Notes under the pieces: model-generated | Databases searched by the model: none | Told to the model about the DNA's origin: nothing | Seen by the model: only the letters and a program-made list of their open reading frames with translations | DNA from: Selaginella moellendorffii | Lineage: Eukaryota; Plantae; Lycopodiophyta | Direction of reading: 5' to 3' | DNA: 8,514 nt | Assembly (NCBI RefSeq): GCF_000143415.4 | Contig: NW_003314501.1 | Span: 40,508-49,021 of the forward strand | Program-made: the position numbers and the translations under genes | Shown here: piece by piece, positions 7,229-8,514 of the stretch | Position numbering within the stretch: position 1 is the first letter of the stretch | Layout: every line of letters begins with the position of its first letter

Positions 7229-8403
7229 ATGGTGGAGGAAATGATTGCTTTAGTGCTTTCTATGCCATGTCCTACTGCAACTTCATTTATTGAAAGAGTG
7301 ATCACTAAAAAGGAGCTCTTAGGGCTATTGATCGGTGTGAATTACATCAAGCTAAGAAGTCTCCACTGGTGGTATCAAATAGAGTTTCAGGTTCTCCATA
7401 TAAATCCACAAAGATTCAGAGAAGTTTTTTAGTATCTACATTCACTTTTCTTTATGACGAGCTTGCTCCAAAATTGGCCAGGAGGCCTCCTCCAGGTTTG
7501 GCAGAAATACCAAAGTAGCACTTAGCTATTTCAAAGCAAGTAGCTATTGCTTTGAAATGCTTGGCATTCAGGGATACATGGCAAATAATTGGTGATGCAT
7601 TTAGAGTGGCTTCATGCACTCAAGCTTGTCTATGCTGATTCAGGTATTCATTGCTTGAGCATGAAGGACTAATGATCCATTAGCAAATGAGGAGGGAATA
7701 AATGAAGTTATAGCATGATTTTAGAGATTGCATGGATTCCCAAATTGTTGTGGTGCAATGGATTGCACTCATATGGCAATCGAGCTCCTAGGATCAGAGG
7801 ATGCAATAGATTGGTATGCTAGGGCAAAAAAGTACTACTCAATGTAGTTCAAGTTGTGGTACACAATAAGACTTCATTCCTTTACATAACAATAGGGATA
7901 GTAGGTAATGTTCCAGATAGACAAGTTTGGAATTCTAGTGGTTTGAAGAAGGCATAGATAGAGAAGAAGTGTTTATGTGGTCCAGTGTACCGGGACATTC
8001 CATTGTATATCATTACTGACAGAGGATAAGAGTGTGCTTTACTGGTTTTGGTCTTATATCCAAACAAGTTTCATGGCAAAGAGCAATACAATTTTCTTCA
8101 TTCTTTTATGAAGATTGTTGTCAAGCAATCTTTTGGAATTTTAAAAAGGCAATGGAAATTGCCTGGTTATTGGAATTTTAAAAAGGCAATGGAAATTGCC
8201 TGGTTAGAAGGGATTTAGAGGACATCTAGGCATCCTTGCGAACAACATCATGTCTTGCTGTGTGCTGCATACCTTGATGATCACAAGGAATGACAGGTTC
8301 ATGGAAAATTTTGACCCCAATAGATCTAACTACAATGCAGACTACCTGTGAGAATGAAGTGGTCAGTTATATGGATCTCCAAAAAGTTTTAATGCCACAT
8401 TAA
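7229..8403 (+). mobile_element. Degenerate PIF/Harbinger DDE transposase (HARBI1/DDE_Tnp_4-like), inactive
   Basis: Ordered motifs: RSLHWW...RFREVF; KQVAIALKCLAFRDTWQIIGDAFRVA (HTH, from ~7534); GFPNCCGAMDCTHMAI (D at 7761-7763); KYYSM/VVQVVV; GIVGNVPDRQVWNSSGL (D at 7916-7918); YIITDRG*; IVVKQSFGILKRQW (catalytic E read as K at 8123-8125); IMSCCVLH (~8248-8270). Multiple stops and frameshifts. Confidence 0.92.
8133..8206. repeat. Perfect 37-bp tandem duplication inside the transposase
   Basis: ttggaattttaaaaaggcaatggaaattgcctggtta at 8133-8169 and 8170-8206. Confidence 0.98.
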
Positions 8404-8514
8404 ACTCTCAAGGGCATTCATGTATAAGCTAAACACAGTGGACATCCTTATTTAATGTAAATAGTGCATTCAATCTATTTAACTCCTTGATAGTCTGCAA
8501 GAATAATGACATAT

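Noticed and set aside
8133-8206. 37-bp repeats as a CRISPR array
   Set aside because: Two abutting copies with no spacer, inside a eukaryotic transposase, and no cas genes.

Overview
Eukaryotic, land-plant-type genomic DNA made up almost entirely of broken gene pieces and transposon relics; I find no intact gene. The 40-53 nt GT-AG introns, epsilon-tubulin and an SGR2-type gene suggest a compact-genome plant with flagellated sperm such as Selaginella (inference). From left to right: (1) a minus-strand epsilon-tubulin locus (ATG at 1645, 11 clean exons) with an exon-3 frameshift and no C-terminal part in the window; (2) a decayed + strand region with weak DDHD-phospholipase-like motifs; (3) a minus-strand SGR2-like DDHD phospholipase fragment (3705-4252) that breaks off just before a (GA)15 tract, with a tandemly duplicated exon-like unit upstream; (4) the last two exons of an unidentified minus-strand gene; (5) two ~295-bp direct repeats bracketing a canonical minus-strand Helitron 3' end; (6) a degenerate PIF/Harbinger transposase with a possible Myb/SANT ORF1 relic. 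The most interesting reading is a string of co-oriented, truncated, intron-containing host gene fragments downstream of a Helitron terminus, which may reflect Helitron gene capture. I see no solid evidence for a new functional system. All homology calls come from motif recognition, not from database searches.
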